Below are positions 1-13,174 of a stretch of 64,000 nt of DNA, piece by piece. Made by a program: the position numbers and the translations under genes. This DNA is from Atractiella rhizophila. Its lineage: Eukaryota. The stretch spans positions 1 to 64,000 of the forward strand of contig MU271254.1 of the NCBI GenBank assembly GCA_021432655.1, given 5' to 3'. The notes below the pieces were generated by a model, which worked only from the letters and a program-made list of their open reading frames with translations, was not told where the DNA came from and did not search any database. The number at the start of each line of letters is the position of its first letter. The first letter of the stretch is position 1.

Positions 1-144
1 GTATGACGTGCACTCTGCTACGTGAACAAGTCTTGGATCACAGTTCTGGGATCGTCCTTTCCAGTATTACTCCGAAATATAAAGACTGATGAGGGCTCAT
101 CAGCACAATAACCTATCTTGTTGTCAGCGATTCGTTTCTCCATT

Positions 145-1621
145 ATGACCATGTCTAAAGAGGCTGTCACGCTGTTCCCACCGGAGGTCTGGCTGTTCAT
201 CATATCTGGTCTTCCCCTCAGTTCACTCTCAGCGTTTAACCTCGCCTGTCGAGCCTTTCACGCGCTGTCCACTTCCTGCCTCTACCGCATCATCCCCAAA
301 TCGCTGGGAGTTGACAAATCCAGGTTAGCTGTGACAACTCTGTCGACAATGCCAGAGCTAGCGAGGCATGTGAGGCATTTGACTCTGCATGGTGCGCGGA
401 AGGATGAGGATGCGAGTGTGCACCAAGACGCTGTCAGATTATTGGGGATGGAGGGGTTACAGGATGGATTGGAGAGTTTCGAATTTGTGTACACTGATGA
501 ACGCCACGGAGGTATTATCGTCTTCTCAAGCCCCGGTAGAATATCGCTTATGAAAGAGCAAGGGTGGTGGCATTCGGAAGATCTTTTGAAAGACAATATC
601 ATCTGGGAAACTCTCAAGAAGGGAACCTTTTCGAACTTCGAGCAACTCTCCGTCCACGAACTCCCTTATGGATCTGAAGACCATCAGAATTCGGTGCGAT
701 TCTTTTATTCAATCTTGTGCAGGTCTAATCGCATGTTGCAATAGCTATATCATCTTACTCACTGGAAACGATTGTCGGTCAAAACACACGATTATATGTT
801 TCCAGAGTGTAAGTTTCTACGGTATAATATCTCACACATTTATTCCCAATATTTGTTTAGGGTATTCAATCCCAGACAAGGTTCCTCACACAGTGGATTT
901 ATTCAATTGGCTCATTGCCAATAAAGCACTCACACTCTTGGACCTCTCACTGCGATTCGATGACGGTGTCGCAAGCCCTTGTTCAGCTTCCATCACGTTT
1001 CTTCTTAACCGAGCGGAATGGCCCAATCTTATTGGTCTCTCCATTGCAGGAGCACATTGTCACGACACAGGAATCGACGAATACCGCGAGGACTACGGTC
1101 CCACCCCTTCCGTACACAAGTTCTTTCTCAGTCACATTCAACTCCGACGCCTTTCAATTGACATTTCGCCACAATGTGACGTCGAAATGCCCCAAACCGT
1201 TCCTCTCTCCGAGCTCCCCGCTGAGGCTCTTTCTTATCTCCAGTATTTCTCAGGAACCAGAGATCACGTAGAAGACCTCGCAAAGACAAGGGCCAGAGAG
1301 CAAGTACGGCACATAGTCCTTCTGGATGATCTTTCAGGAATGGGAGGACCGTCGGATTGGCGTCCTCTTCCGGGCGAGAGGTTCGCAAACGCTTTACAGC
1401 AATTTCCCGCCCTCGAAAGCCTTGAAGCAGAGCTTTCATATGAGGTCGATTACGACGAAGAGGGGGATGTCGCTCGGGAGGAAGAGGAGGACATATTACG
1501 AATGATTGCGGACGCTGTGCCCAATCTGAAACGGCTGGTTTTGAGACGGACGGGTATGACAATGGACATGGTGGAAAAGATATTTAGTCAGAAAAAACTC
1601 GACAAAGTCGAGCTTCACTGA
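145..1621 (+). CDS. F-box-like domain protein with probable LRR/RNI-like C-terminal region (spliced)
   Basis: N-terminal F-box-like motif LFPPEVWLFIISGLPLSSLSAFNLACRAFHALSTSCLYR. ORFs 118..744 and 668..1621 join through GT-AG introns at ~693-743 and ~808-860. LxxLxL repeats downstream (LTLLDL, LRRLSI, LESLE, LKRLVL). Confidence 0.7.
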
Positions 1622-2229
1622 TCGTGCTCTATCATTAATGTATTCCTGACTGTCTTGATTTCATGGTCACACGGCAACCAGCATGAGCAAAATTGCCATC
1701 TCCTCTGTTCTCCACCCAGCAATGTGAGTCCCAGTGCTCCTAGCAGCACCTTTCAAGTGTTAAGGCATGGTCGACATTATATATTTCGAAATCATGGCAT
1801 TGACACCTGGCCTGTAAAGTGGTCTAGATTACACTCGTATGTAGTAGGGTCTACCGGGATGCATATCCAAGCTCAAGCGCGAAGCTCTTGAAGCGTAGCG
1901 TTTTTGTCCTTCCCCTTCCGTCCCTCACAATGTCGTCCCAAAGAAAGCACGTACAACTACTCTCGTAACACGCTCAAATCATGTTTTGCCCTTAATTAGA
2001 AATTCGTGGGCCTTTTCTCAGATGGTTTCTTCTGCAACATATTTAATGTAAGCGCCTCCTGCTAGATAATGTTGTGATGTTGGATGTTGTGGTGTTGTGG
2101 TCGTTTTCTGCGCAACAGCAACCATGATCACGAGGTAAGAGATACGACAATCCTGCTCTCTCAGCCAATCTCCCTCTATCCTTCAGGTCGAATCAAACAA
2201 TCCATTTTGTACATTTACATTTATCACAG

Positions 2230-4229
2230 TGGGTCGGTTATTCCTTCTACCGTTCTCTGTCCCTTTCGCTCTTTCTTCAATTCTTGGGTGCGATTACACA
2301 CGTCAGATGTTTTGGAATCCTGTTCAGGCATCAAAACCTGCCTTAGGTGTAAGAGAGAGAAGTCTTGCGCACCTGCCACTCACATCACCTTTCCCTCTTC
2401 CTTGCGTGTTGGTTCTACCTCCAGCTCGCGAGTTTCCTCTGGTGTGCACTTCAATTTCAGCTCTAGCTTTTGCCTTTCCTTCTGCACATCGTGCCCAACC
2501 AGCAGCAGCAATCATAGGGCCTGTCCCAAGTGCCCTAGCTCCATTGTCTCAAGGACTGCAATTGAAGGGAAGACGCATGCTCACGATTTAACTTTCCAAG
2601 GGAGCTCTCCATCGTCTTGAAATGGGTCACGACTGTCCACTTCAGCATCTTGCCCATATGGAAGAAATCGTTTGTCTAGTTCATGTGGAGGCATTGGGAC
2701 AACTGGGATTGAGCTTCTGTGTGCCGTGTGAGGAATATCACAAAGAAAAATTAAGCAGAATGCGCACAAGGAGGCTGGAAGCCCGTCCCTCATTTTCAAA
2801 AGCTTCTTGCAAGTTAAAAGGTAGAATTCCGTCTCCTTTAAAAGATCTGACCTCGTTTTCGGCTTGATTCTGCCACTCAAATCGCCAAAGAGTTCTTTAG
2901 TGTTGAAGTCCATAGGATAGCCTCTAGAATCCACATAGCCATATATTTTGCTTCGCTCTAGGATTTCCTTCCTGAGTTTTTCGAGTAGCTGAAGTGACAT
3001 GTCGTAATGACGCTGCAAGCGAACGGGAGTCCACAGGAGGGTCGTTCTCGAGATGTCACGCGTGCCATTGAGCTCCAAGAAGTCAATGATATCGCGGAAC
3101 TCTTTAGAGTATGTAAACCGAGGTGAACGCCTGGGAAGCGATGGTGGGTCTACGAGCATTTTGGTTGGAGTTTCTTCTCGGGCTCTGGATGGGAGAGGAG
3201 CGATCTGCCGGTCTGTTTTTGCCTTGGAGGAGATATTGGTCCTCTCGCGGCCCTTAATCATTTTCGTGCACGGCTCTGGGCCATTAGACGATTGTGCCGT
3301 TCCACTGGAGCAAGATGGACGGTGAGTGGTCCGAAGAAATTCATTAGATAACAGTACTCGCCTGTTTGTTCGCAAAACTCCAATTTCAGTGGACTGTCTG
3401 TGTTCATGACCTGTTTTGATGGATGTTGCTGATGCTACAAAGTCAGAACTATTTGAAAGTACCATTTTTTGGACACTAACCTCCTCCCCCATTTTTATTC
3501 AACATGTCGTCTCGCTTTCTCTTGAGCGCGGCACAAGAAAGTAGCGCTGCATTCTGGGCACTTCCTCTCTCGTGGTTGTCCGGAACTGTCGAGGACCCTT
3601 ACAGACATTTTTGAGAGAGGAAAATGCGTACCTTCACATCTCATTGCGGTCGCATGAGTTCTATCGATTGTGTCTGCAGAAGTGTTCCATGATTTTCCAT
3701 TCGCTACTCTCTTCTCAGTGACTTCAACCACTCCTTCAGTATCATCGAACAAACAACCTGAGGCCACCTACCCATCTTTCTCCTCAATCCAGACCATTGT
3801 TGGACAGCCGCAAGCGCCTCCATAACGTCTGGCTTTAAACCTGAAACTTTTCCTCTACGACCTATGGTCATAATATGCGATACGAGAGCTTTGCCGATGA
3901 TATGCTCAGCGAATTTTAGACTTGCCCAGTGGTATGGTGGTTCCTGTGGTCGTCTTCTCAGAAAATGTAACAAGGGAGCGAGTCTGCTTCCGCTTCCGGG
4001 TTTTTGTTTTTTGTTGCCGCACTTTGTTTATTTCTCCTAATGATCTATCCTCCTCAATCTTTGGCTCTGTTTTCATACTATTCTGCGATATTTTAAAAAG
4101 CGGGGCCGCAGTACAGGAATCTACCTCCATTTCTTTCGTCCCTACGAACCAGCATCCGCTAAGCTCATATCTCCCGATCGGATTGCTCGCGATGAAATCC
4201 TTTGACAGTGTCGCGATGCGCTTAGGCAC
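2230..4229 (-). pseudogene. Probable decayed or frameshifted gene of unknown family
   Basis: Chain of same-strand abutting ORFs (3906..4229, 3704..3973, 3495..3767, 2581..3492) offset by frame changes, two of them at A-runs. Contains a CxxC...H remnant (CPECSATFLCRAQEKARRH). In-frame stops in the 2230-2560 tail. Confidence 0.35.
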
Positions 4230-4496
4230 ACAGCTCTAAGAAATGTGCTCCTCTCCCTCACTGTCTCATTCTCGTCCTCCTAATTGTTTACAGCACTCCT
4301 TTCACCGTCAACTAACCACGATCAGCGTTCGATTCCCTACAGTTTCTACTTCTTGTCATTATTTTATCATTTCCTGTTATTCTGATACCTGTAAAGGTTC
4401 CTTTGACACTGCGCAGTTAAAGAATTCATTTATTGCAATCTTTCGCACCCGAAAAGGGAGCTTCACGACCTTGAAGCCGACCAGGGGCCTGATATG

Positions 4497-6753
4497 TTAC
4501 TGATTTAAAACACCATCTATTGCTTTCATTATTCCTATCAATTTCTCCTCTTGCAATCTTGGGCAAATGATTTGAACGGTGAAAGGTCCACCCGCAAATT
4601 TCTTAGGATCATCTATCCGTATCCAAAATTATGCTGCTGGTGCACGGAATAGTAGAAGAATCTCACAAAGTTCCAAATTCTTCTTGTCTAACTCATTCAG
4701 CGGATTGCGAGATGCCAAAAATTCTGCACGGTTCCAGCCCTTTGAATAGGTTTGATCTACCAAACCAGGAGTTGGTAAAACCGCAGAGGGCCAGTCAAAG
4801 ACATTAAAGACACTCGTGTAGCCTAGATATGTAAAGTTATTGTGAGGAGGTGCCGTATGAGCTAGACATGAAGCGGTTAGCCGGATTCCAAGGCTCAAGC
4901 CACAATGAACTTGTGAAGGGACATACCTGCAGCGGGAGTGATGAGGGCATCTATGGGTCTCCCGTCACTTGTTAATCGCTTTGTAGCTTGCCAATGTGCA
5001 AGGTGCATGTTTGTCAGCTTGTTTCGTTCTGCGTGAAGGTCCCAAAGCTCCGAAACTGAGAGCTCAGTGTGTATATCACCTAATATAGCTCCATGACCTG
5101 AAGGCGATCAGTCGCGACGCACATCTTACGTTGGATCTCACCTAACAATATCGGTCCCAATGGCTTCTCTTGACCTTGCTCCAATGCGGCTCGATATTTG
5201 ACGCATCCATCGGCGACGAAAGCCTTCGCCTTCCCACAGCACAAAGTTTTACCTTCGGAACAGTCTCTGGTCAAATTCAAAACCTACGGCAACAGCCTGG
5301 ACAGGTTCGTAGTCGAATTTCGGCCACTCGATTACTTCATGGCCTGCGGCTCTCAACTTCACGACCGTCTGGTGTATCGCATCAATTACCGGCGGATGAG
5401 GTATAACAATGCCATCATCGCGCATGACGGCGAAAGTGAGCTTTGAACGGATTGACGTTTCGTGAACAAGCTCGGCATTCCATGGAAGAGGGATGATCTG
5501 AGCTTCGCTCAGTGACTATCGGAATATTGAAGATTGAAGATTTGCATGCCTTGGAGTCAACTAGCCATGGCTGGCCGTCGGAAATCGCTTGACAGAGGAT
5601 CTCGATACCTTCGACGGAGCTTGACATGGGCCCATAACATGGCTAAACAGACATCTTGGAGCATCTTGGTACAAGACAGCGAAAGCTTACTGCAATCGAT
5701 TCTTGGCCTGTTTGCGAAGGCCGGACATGAAGATAATGAATTCTAGAATCGAGACAAAAACAAACCTGGAACGGTTGTGCCTGAGCCCCAAGTTGAGAAG
5801 AGTCTCTGAGTGCTCGGTTTCAGCGCATAAATTCCTGTGCATGCAGCTGGCATCCTGTTCTTTCCGTTGAGGAAGTAAAGGTGAATACGAATGTGATGTA
5901 CCTGACGCTGCCAGCAATATCAGTGCCGAGCCCCATCAGGCTTCCCTTCATCGTCAAGAGAGCAGCTTCCCCTCCAGAGCTCCCGCCAGGTGTCAGGGTC
6001 CGATTGTGGGGGTTCAAGACTGGTCCGAAGACATTATTGTGCGATTCTCCAGTCATCATGGTCTGTGGGACGTTCGTCTTGCAATATATCACCTGTAAGT
6101 ACAATATCAAAGACGGTTAGTGCAGAATACAGTGACTTACGGCACCTTGTTCCAACAGGATGTCCACTAGCAAAGAGTTGAATTTTGCAGCGTTACCAAT
6201 CCATCCGACATATCCCAAAGTAGTCTCAACACCTTTGATATTGCAAGTTTCCTGAATTCGCTCTGATCAACGTGAGGCTTTCGGATAGTGCAAAACTACT
6301 ACCTTTACGCTGACTGGCAATCCATGCAATGATCCAACAGGCTTTCCTGTTGTCCTCAGGAGATCGTCTAGCTCTTTAGCTCTTTGTCTAGCTTCATCAA
6401 ACAAAATCTCGGTGAGGCAATTGACCTGCCCACATTGCATGTAGTATCAGCACAGCATTGCTATCAGAGCGAGAACAGCAAACAGTTTGTTGTGCAATGC
6501 TACTGCTGGCAATAAAGGCTTCCACGACCTCCAGGCTTGTAATTCTACCCGTTCTAAGGCTTTCTAGCAGTACGGATGGCTTTGAAGAAACTATATCCCG
6601 CTGCTTCTGGTCCAGATGTGGGCCGATGAGATCAATAAGGCTGTCAGATTGAGGCAGCTGTAAGAGTAAATCATCAGGAAGCAAGTGCTTGGAAGGCAAC
6701 TTCGATTTTCTAATGAATCGCTTTTCTTCAACTGCCTCTATTAAGGAACGCAT
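4497..6753 (-). CDS. Amidase-signature family enzyme (acetamidase/FAAH-like), multi-exon
   Basis: KTNVPQTMM...GGSSGGE...GTDIAGSVR signature, plus PVSVK and YTSVFNVFDWP. C-terminus VQIICPRLQEEKLIGIMKAIDGVLNQ* ends at 4497. Confidence 0.92.
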
Positions 6754-6859
6754 CGGCTCAAAAGGGATCAGTATTCAAAGGCGCTGACAAGCGTCGGATA
6801 TTTAACGCGAAGCTCGCTGAACAATTTCAGCCAAGTTGCACGACACGCCTCTGTTCACC

Positions 6860-7764
6860 ATGCCCAGTTCTGGTATGAAAACCTATGGCCAGCGTGCGGA
6901 AATACATTCCACGTCTGTAGGGAAAGAACTCTTGAAGCTTATGGAACGCAAATCGTCAAATCTCTGTGTCTCAGTCGACGTTACACTTTCGTCAGAGTTT
7001 TTGCGAATTGTAGAAGAAGTAGGCCCATATTGTTGTATGATAAAGGCACGTGTTTCCTCGACATAAAACATATTTTAAAGTGGGATGGTTATAAAGACCC
7101 ATATCGACATCATTGAAGATTTCACGCCTGATCTCATCCAGCATCTTTTGGAGCAGAAGAAGAAGCACGACTTTCTCATTTTTGAAGACAGGAAGTTTGC
7201 AGATATAGGTATGTTCCATTGCGTTGTTTTACTTATGAGTCTTTATTGACTTCCAGCACGTTTGAAGGGAACACAGTCAAACTACAATATTCTTCCGGAA
7301 TCTATAAAATCGCCTCGTGGGCAGATATCACCAACGCTCATGGTGTCCCAGGCGAAGGGATAGTCAAAGGCCTCGCCTCCATTGGCATACCTCTGAATCG
7401 TGGCCTCCTCCTCCTCGCAGAAATGAGTTCTGCGGGAACTCTTGCCAAGGGCGACTATTCAGCAGAGGTCGTCGAGATGGCTCGACGCAATAAGGATTTC
7501 GTGATGGGATTTATCGCGATGGGGAAGACGGAGGGCTTAGAGCCAAGTGGAGAGGATTGGATTGTGATGACCCCTGGCGTTGGACTGGACCAGAAAGGGG
7601 ACGGCATGGGTCAACAGTATCGATCTCCTCAAGAAGTTATGGAAGGCGGAAGCGATGTTGCGATTGTCGGAAGAGGAATATATTCTTCACCCTCCAGGAT
7701 TGCACATGAGGCTAAAAGGTATCGAGATGCATGCTGGAACGCTTACAAGGAACGTATGAAATAG
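6860..7764 (+). CDS. URA3: Orotidine-5'-phosphate decarboxylase
   Basis: NLCVSVD, K|THIDI (across a GC-AG intron at 7046-7096), [39 protein letters not shown] motifs. Confidence 0.97.
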
Positions 7765-8136
7765 GTGCTTTGTTCGTATTCGATCACTGTATCATCATTA
7801 TACACGGTATTGGACATGAGAGTTCGGATGTCAAGGAAAAGGAGGAGCAGAGTTGGGTCGAGGCTCGAAGAAGTCGAAACAGCAAAATCCAACAGCAAAT
7901 GAAATCATTCAAGGGATCTCTCTCGGGTAGAGTACAGAGGCGGCAAAGCAACACAATTGTCTTCCAACATTCCGCCATCATATCATTGGTGGGACGACAC
8001 AGGCATATGTAGTAAGAAAGGGGAATAAAGATCGGATCGAATCCATGCACAAATGAGGCGAAGTCGAAGCATTCTAACAATTCACAACTCGAAAGACGAA
8101 TAAACAAGAATTTGACTTGAATGAAATGAATAAATA

Positions 8137-11100
8137 TCATCGCGATGGAGTAGCATAACCGTTCCCTCTCTGATCGATCAACCGCGGGCTGCTTGGTCCA
8201 TTAGGATCTCTTCTTCCATCTCCACCTTGCGATGGATGGTGGCTGTGATTATTCTGCTGCATCACATGCATCGATTGCTGAGGTTGCATTCGGGGGGTGT
8301 TAGCGTTCCAGCTCAGTGGTCTCTCGTGCATAGGGGGAGACATAGGAGGGGACCGTGGAAGTTCCCCGTGCATACCTGTAGCGCTAATGCCATGATGGAT
8401 CTCTGGACGATGGGGCTGAGAATCGTATGAACCATGTTGCTTCTGACGTGGCCCAGTAAAGTGTGCTCGAGGGGCGCGATCCCGCGTTCGATAATGGTTT
8501 TCGCATCGTCTGAGAATATCCTTCGTTGCCAACTCCGAAGGATTGGAGAGGAGATCAGGATCCTTTAAAATTGGTTCAAATTCTTCGGGGACCTACATTT
8601 TATGTGTCACACTTAATATTCAGTGAACTGATCGAGACTACATACCAGCCAGAATTCGTCTTGGAATTCTAACAGCTCATGAGTCGCCCTAATAGCCAAG
8701 AAGCTTTCGTCCTTTGACGGATCTTTGTTGCCCGAGTAGAGAATATTGGGGCAAACAACTGTTGCCAGGTTTTGCAGGTCCATTTTACTTCCCGTTTCTT
8801 CGTCGACGTGGGAGAAAGAAGCAACCCATTTTAAGAAAACAAAGACGACTTCCATGGTATCACGGTTGACTTTTGGCATTAGACAGCAGGTTAGATGAAG
8901 CAATCGTCGCCTTTCCATCTCGTCGGGCACGCCTGATCAATCCAAGATGAGGAACTACCTAACAGGAACAAGCGACTCACGTTGAGTAGCAATAAACAAG
9001 TGGTAGAGTTTGAAGGGTATTAACGGATCTGGCATCTCGCGAAGGAATTTCTTCAGCAAAGCAGCGAGTTGAACCGGATTATCCTCTGATAGAGAGACGT
9101 TCAGGTCCTTATCCAACGCTTCTGAGAGCTCCCTTAGACGTTTTATGTTTCCATTTTTCCTGAAGATGCCCTCGACTGACATGTCTGTAACAAGATGATC
9201 AGCGAACTCAAAGTAACGAAAGCTTACGCACCCATCTGTTTCATGGCAGATATGCAATCGTCTACGAAACTCGGAACCCGTACTGGGGCTGGACCAGCAC
9301 CATGCATCGAGTCCACTCCGTTGCGTTCGACCAATGCTTCCAGAGGAACGCCGAAAACACCTGACCGGGGGTTAGCCATCCGGGGATTGGACAGTAAACT
9401 GGTCGGTGTACCTTTCTTCTTATTGGCCGCGCCACGTTTTTCGTTCCCGCCTTTGAAAAGCTTGTTCCAAAAATTATTCTTCCTCGCCTCGATGACATCC
9501 AGCAGCTCATCCAAGTTCGTCTCATCCCGTAACACTTGTTCTTGAGACAAAGCGAGCGCCGCGATGTGTTTGACGATGAAATATTCGAGAGCGGGCAACT
9601 CAGATAATAGAATGAAACCTCCCTGAGGACGTGCGCTTCTCCGTTGAGCTCGAGCCTGTTCAGCCTGCATCACCTCTGTCAAGTCGGCCAGAGTGATGGC
9701 AGCTTCAGCTGCATGACCTGGTTCAGGGATAGCAGGCTCGCGAGGTGGTTGTTGGACTTGGATCGGAGGCTGATCCAATCCTTGATCATCGATGACCCGA
9801 ACAGCTGTAGTACTCCGAGAAAAGGTGGGACGAGGTTGACCTTGGTTGTCAGGTACAAGGTGCGCATTTCTAGGTTGATTTGAAAGCTGTCGATCGGATG
9901 GAGTCGGTCGAAGTGCTGCTGGAGGGTCACCTCCTGGTGTAGGATATTGACGAGACTCGGGAGCAGCCGTGCCAGGAGCGTTAGTTTGTGCTGTACGACC
10001 CGAAGGGCTCTCGACCACTGTCGAACGTTTTGGTAGTTTGGCAGTCGCGGAAATCTTCCGATCCAAATGAACAGACTTCATCCGCTTGATATCGGTCGAA
10101 TCGCGATACGAGTCGTACAGCGAAACTTCTTCCGGAGGATGTTGCGAAGGTTCAAAGTTGGGGGATGCTGCTCACCCGATCAGCTAAGAAATTACAACAA
10201 TGGGATACCCACTTGGCGAGGCAGGAACAACACCCTTTTGTTTGAGCAATGCGTAGAGTTTGTTCAAAGCGACACAAAGCAGGAAGGCGAACTGTTCCAA
10301 ACGAGTGACGGCCTCAAATCCACTTCGCAAGCCTTCCATCGCACAATTGGAGCAGAATGTCCGCCCAGGTTTCGGTTTCGGTGGACCTTTTTGCGGAGGT
10401 CGACCCTCCTTTGGTTCGGGCGTCACAAACTCGATGAAGAAAGTGCGGACATAGACAAATGGGGCTTGACCTTCAGAAGGGGAAGGCGGTTCTTTGTCCT
10501 TATGAGCGACTTTCCCACAAGTTGCACACCGCAAACAGGAGAAATGCCAGCGCAAGCTCGTTCCAAACCTCGCACATTCTTCCTCAACTGTAATCTTGCA
10601 CCTTTCACAAAGATCCGTCGTCGCTTCTCCCTGCCCAACCAGCGTCCCCACAGCCCGACTTAAGCTCTTGTAGCCGTAGGGCCGAACCTGCTTTCCGTTT
10701 TCAGCGACCGCTCGTTGACCGTTTGGCTGTCCGATCGAAGTTTTCAGGACGTCGGGGTCGCGCACCAATCGTTCAAGCTTCCCGAGGAATTGAACCATGG
10801 CATTCTTGTTCCCATAGTCCCTGTCGAGCTTGAGAGCCGATGTCAAGCCTATACGGATCAGAATTTTGAGATAGTGGGCGAGACCGGTAACGAGGGACAA
10901 CAGTTCTTGGGTGATGGCCATCTTCCGCGCACCAGTCTCTTGGGTGTGAGAGAGGAGGGAGAAGAAGTTGACGATCTTCTTGCAGAGCATTCGCGCCTCG
11001 CGGACGTGGGAAATTTCTATCCCTACGTGAGTTTTCACTGAAAGGATGTGCAAACAACGACTTGCCTTTGGCGTTCACAGCTCTAAACTGCACACCAATA

Positions 11101-12849
11101 TCGTCGAGTGTCGAGAAGAGAGTCTCAACATGCAAAACGAACTTCTCCGCCATTCCCACCCCGTCCAAATAATGACCGTTGCTGACCCGCCTTAACATCT
11201 CTGAGATGCAGGCCGCGCTGGATTCTTCAAACGTAGATAGAACAGTCCAGATTCGGTAAACTTGCTCCTCCATCTGCTTCTGTTTCTCCCTCAACGACTG
11301 CGGTGTCTCCCGTTCTTCCTGAAGGATGTATCCCGGCACTTCAGGGCCGATCGACTGTGACGTCTCCGCCGTAACCAGGCTGGCCAAACTACCATCCATG
11401 GTGCTCTCCGAGACGCTCCCTTCATCCTTAGTCTCTCCCCTCTCTTTGATCGCAGGTGTTGAAGGTGTGGAGGGTGAAGGGGGATGGAGTTTGATATTCC
11501 AAAACTGCATGGGGATGAGTCAGCCTCATGCCACGGAAAGCGGAGGCGGAAAACGACAAAGGACGGACCTTGTGGATCATGTAACATTCTGGGTGCCAAT
11601 GCTCATCCACGCTGTTGCGGTTGATCTCCACGAACTGTTTGAGGATGGCAGTCTTGCAGCCCGTGCATTGTACGGCGAATCTGGTGGAGTAGTGGAAGTG
11701 ACAGTAGACGGCACCGTCGTGTTCGTAATAAGAGTCCTGAGGTCCAAAGACGGTGGGACAGATGGAGCAAGTAAAGTGTTCGACATGGAACTTCATATCT
11801 GCTCGACGTACACCAGTCAGTTGCGCCACTCTTCAGCTGTGCAATGGACGTACCCAAAGCAGTGATATAACTTCCTCGAAGAGCTCCGCCGCACTTTGCG
11901 CATAGAAGATTGAGTCTCCGAAAGTAGTCGGTCTCGCAGAGCGGGTATTGCTTTCCTTCTGGGCCATCGATCGGAAAAAACTTGGCAGCGACGACTTTGT
12001 TGCAATCCTACCCCAAGTACATTGTCGTTCGTTCACCAATCTTCTGTGTACCGAGGAAGAGAGATGACGCACCTGACACCTGAAGCAATCAAGGTGATAC
12101 ACTGTCCCCAGAGCCCTCACAAATTGTCCTTGCATCGGCTGTTCACACTTTGCACATATCTGGGTGGGCTGAGTAGATGTCGAAGTCGAAGGAGGGCCCA
12201 TAGATCCAGATGGGGTAGGTCCTGTGTCGGAAGGAGGAGGGGATCGAGTTGTGGAGATTTGGGAGGGAGCAACAGAGGATCCGGATCCCTGACGGTGTGG
12301 CATCGGACTAAGCGGTTTCGAGGAAACCAGAGATGGCGCTGTTTGGATGGATCCGGTGTCTAGCTGAGGGAGTACTGAGCCCTTTCGAGTTGGGGAGGGC
12401 ACGGTAATCGTCCTCCCACCCGAATACCCAGCAACCACCTTTCGCTCACCGTCATCAGTCGATCCACCCCAATCTGACCCTAATTGCATATCGTGGAATG
12501 ACTGACTTCCGTTCGAGTTCGCTCTCGGGATAGGACTCTGAAAGTTACTTGGCAGCCTAGGGGAGGTCCTACCAGATCCCCCGAAATGATCGTGACCGTC
12601 ATTACTTCCTCCGCCAAGATGATTCGAGTTTGCCCTGTCCCTCTTGATTCCGTCTGGTAAACTGAGTTCGTTAGGGTCTTGCTGGAGATCTGCTCTCCTG
12701 AGATCGTTGGAAGGGGGGAATATGGGCGAGGGCGGAATGGGGGAGGGCGAGAGTGGCGGCGGTGTCGACATGGCGGGTGAGCGGGGTGGATTGGAGGGTA
12801 TCAGCGGTTGGTGTGACGCCTCAGAGGGCTGCTGTGTCTCCTGTCGCAA
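8137..12849 (-). CDS. LIM-domain Rho GTPase-activating protein (Lrg1/Rga1-like); start uncertain
   Basis: LIM motifs (CAKC...HLDCFRC, HVEHFTCSIC, CERC...HFSCLRCATC). RhoGAP motifs VFGVPL, EGIFRKNGNI, LKKFLREMPDPLIP, KMDLQNLATVVCPNIL. Confidence 0.92.
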
Positions 12850-13174
12850 GGTGAGTTGAGTGCTGATCCCTGGACAGTTGGCCGTTCTTTGCGACTGAGT
12901 CGTTTCTGGTCACGAGTTTCATACTCAGTTGACAAATCCACGACACCTTCCGCTTTGACCTTGAACCTTGCTTTTGTGTCGTCACTCTAATCGTCATGCT
13001 GAAGAGCATTATTCTCATATACTCACGCACATTCGAACAGGGAGAGCTTTCGCTCAGAGCAATGTTGGTGATCACATTTACACTACCGTACACTCTACAC
13101 AGCACTTCTACGGAGAATAGAACTGATTTAAAGCATCCACAAAGAAGTGTTAAACGCAACTGAGTAGATGATAA

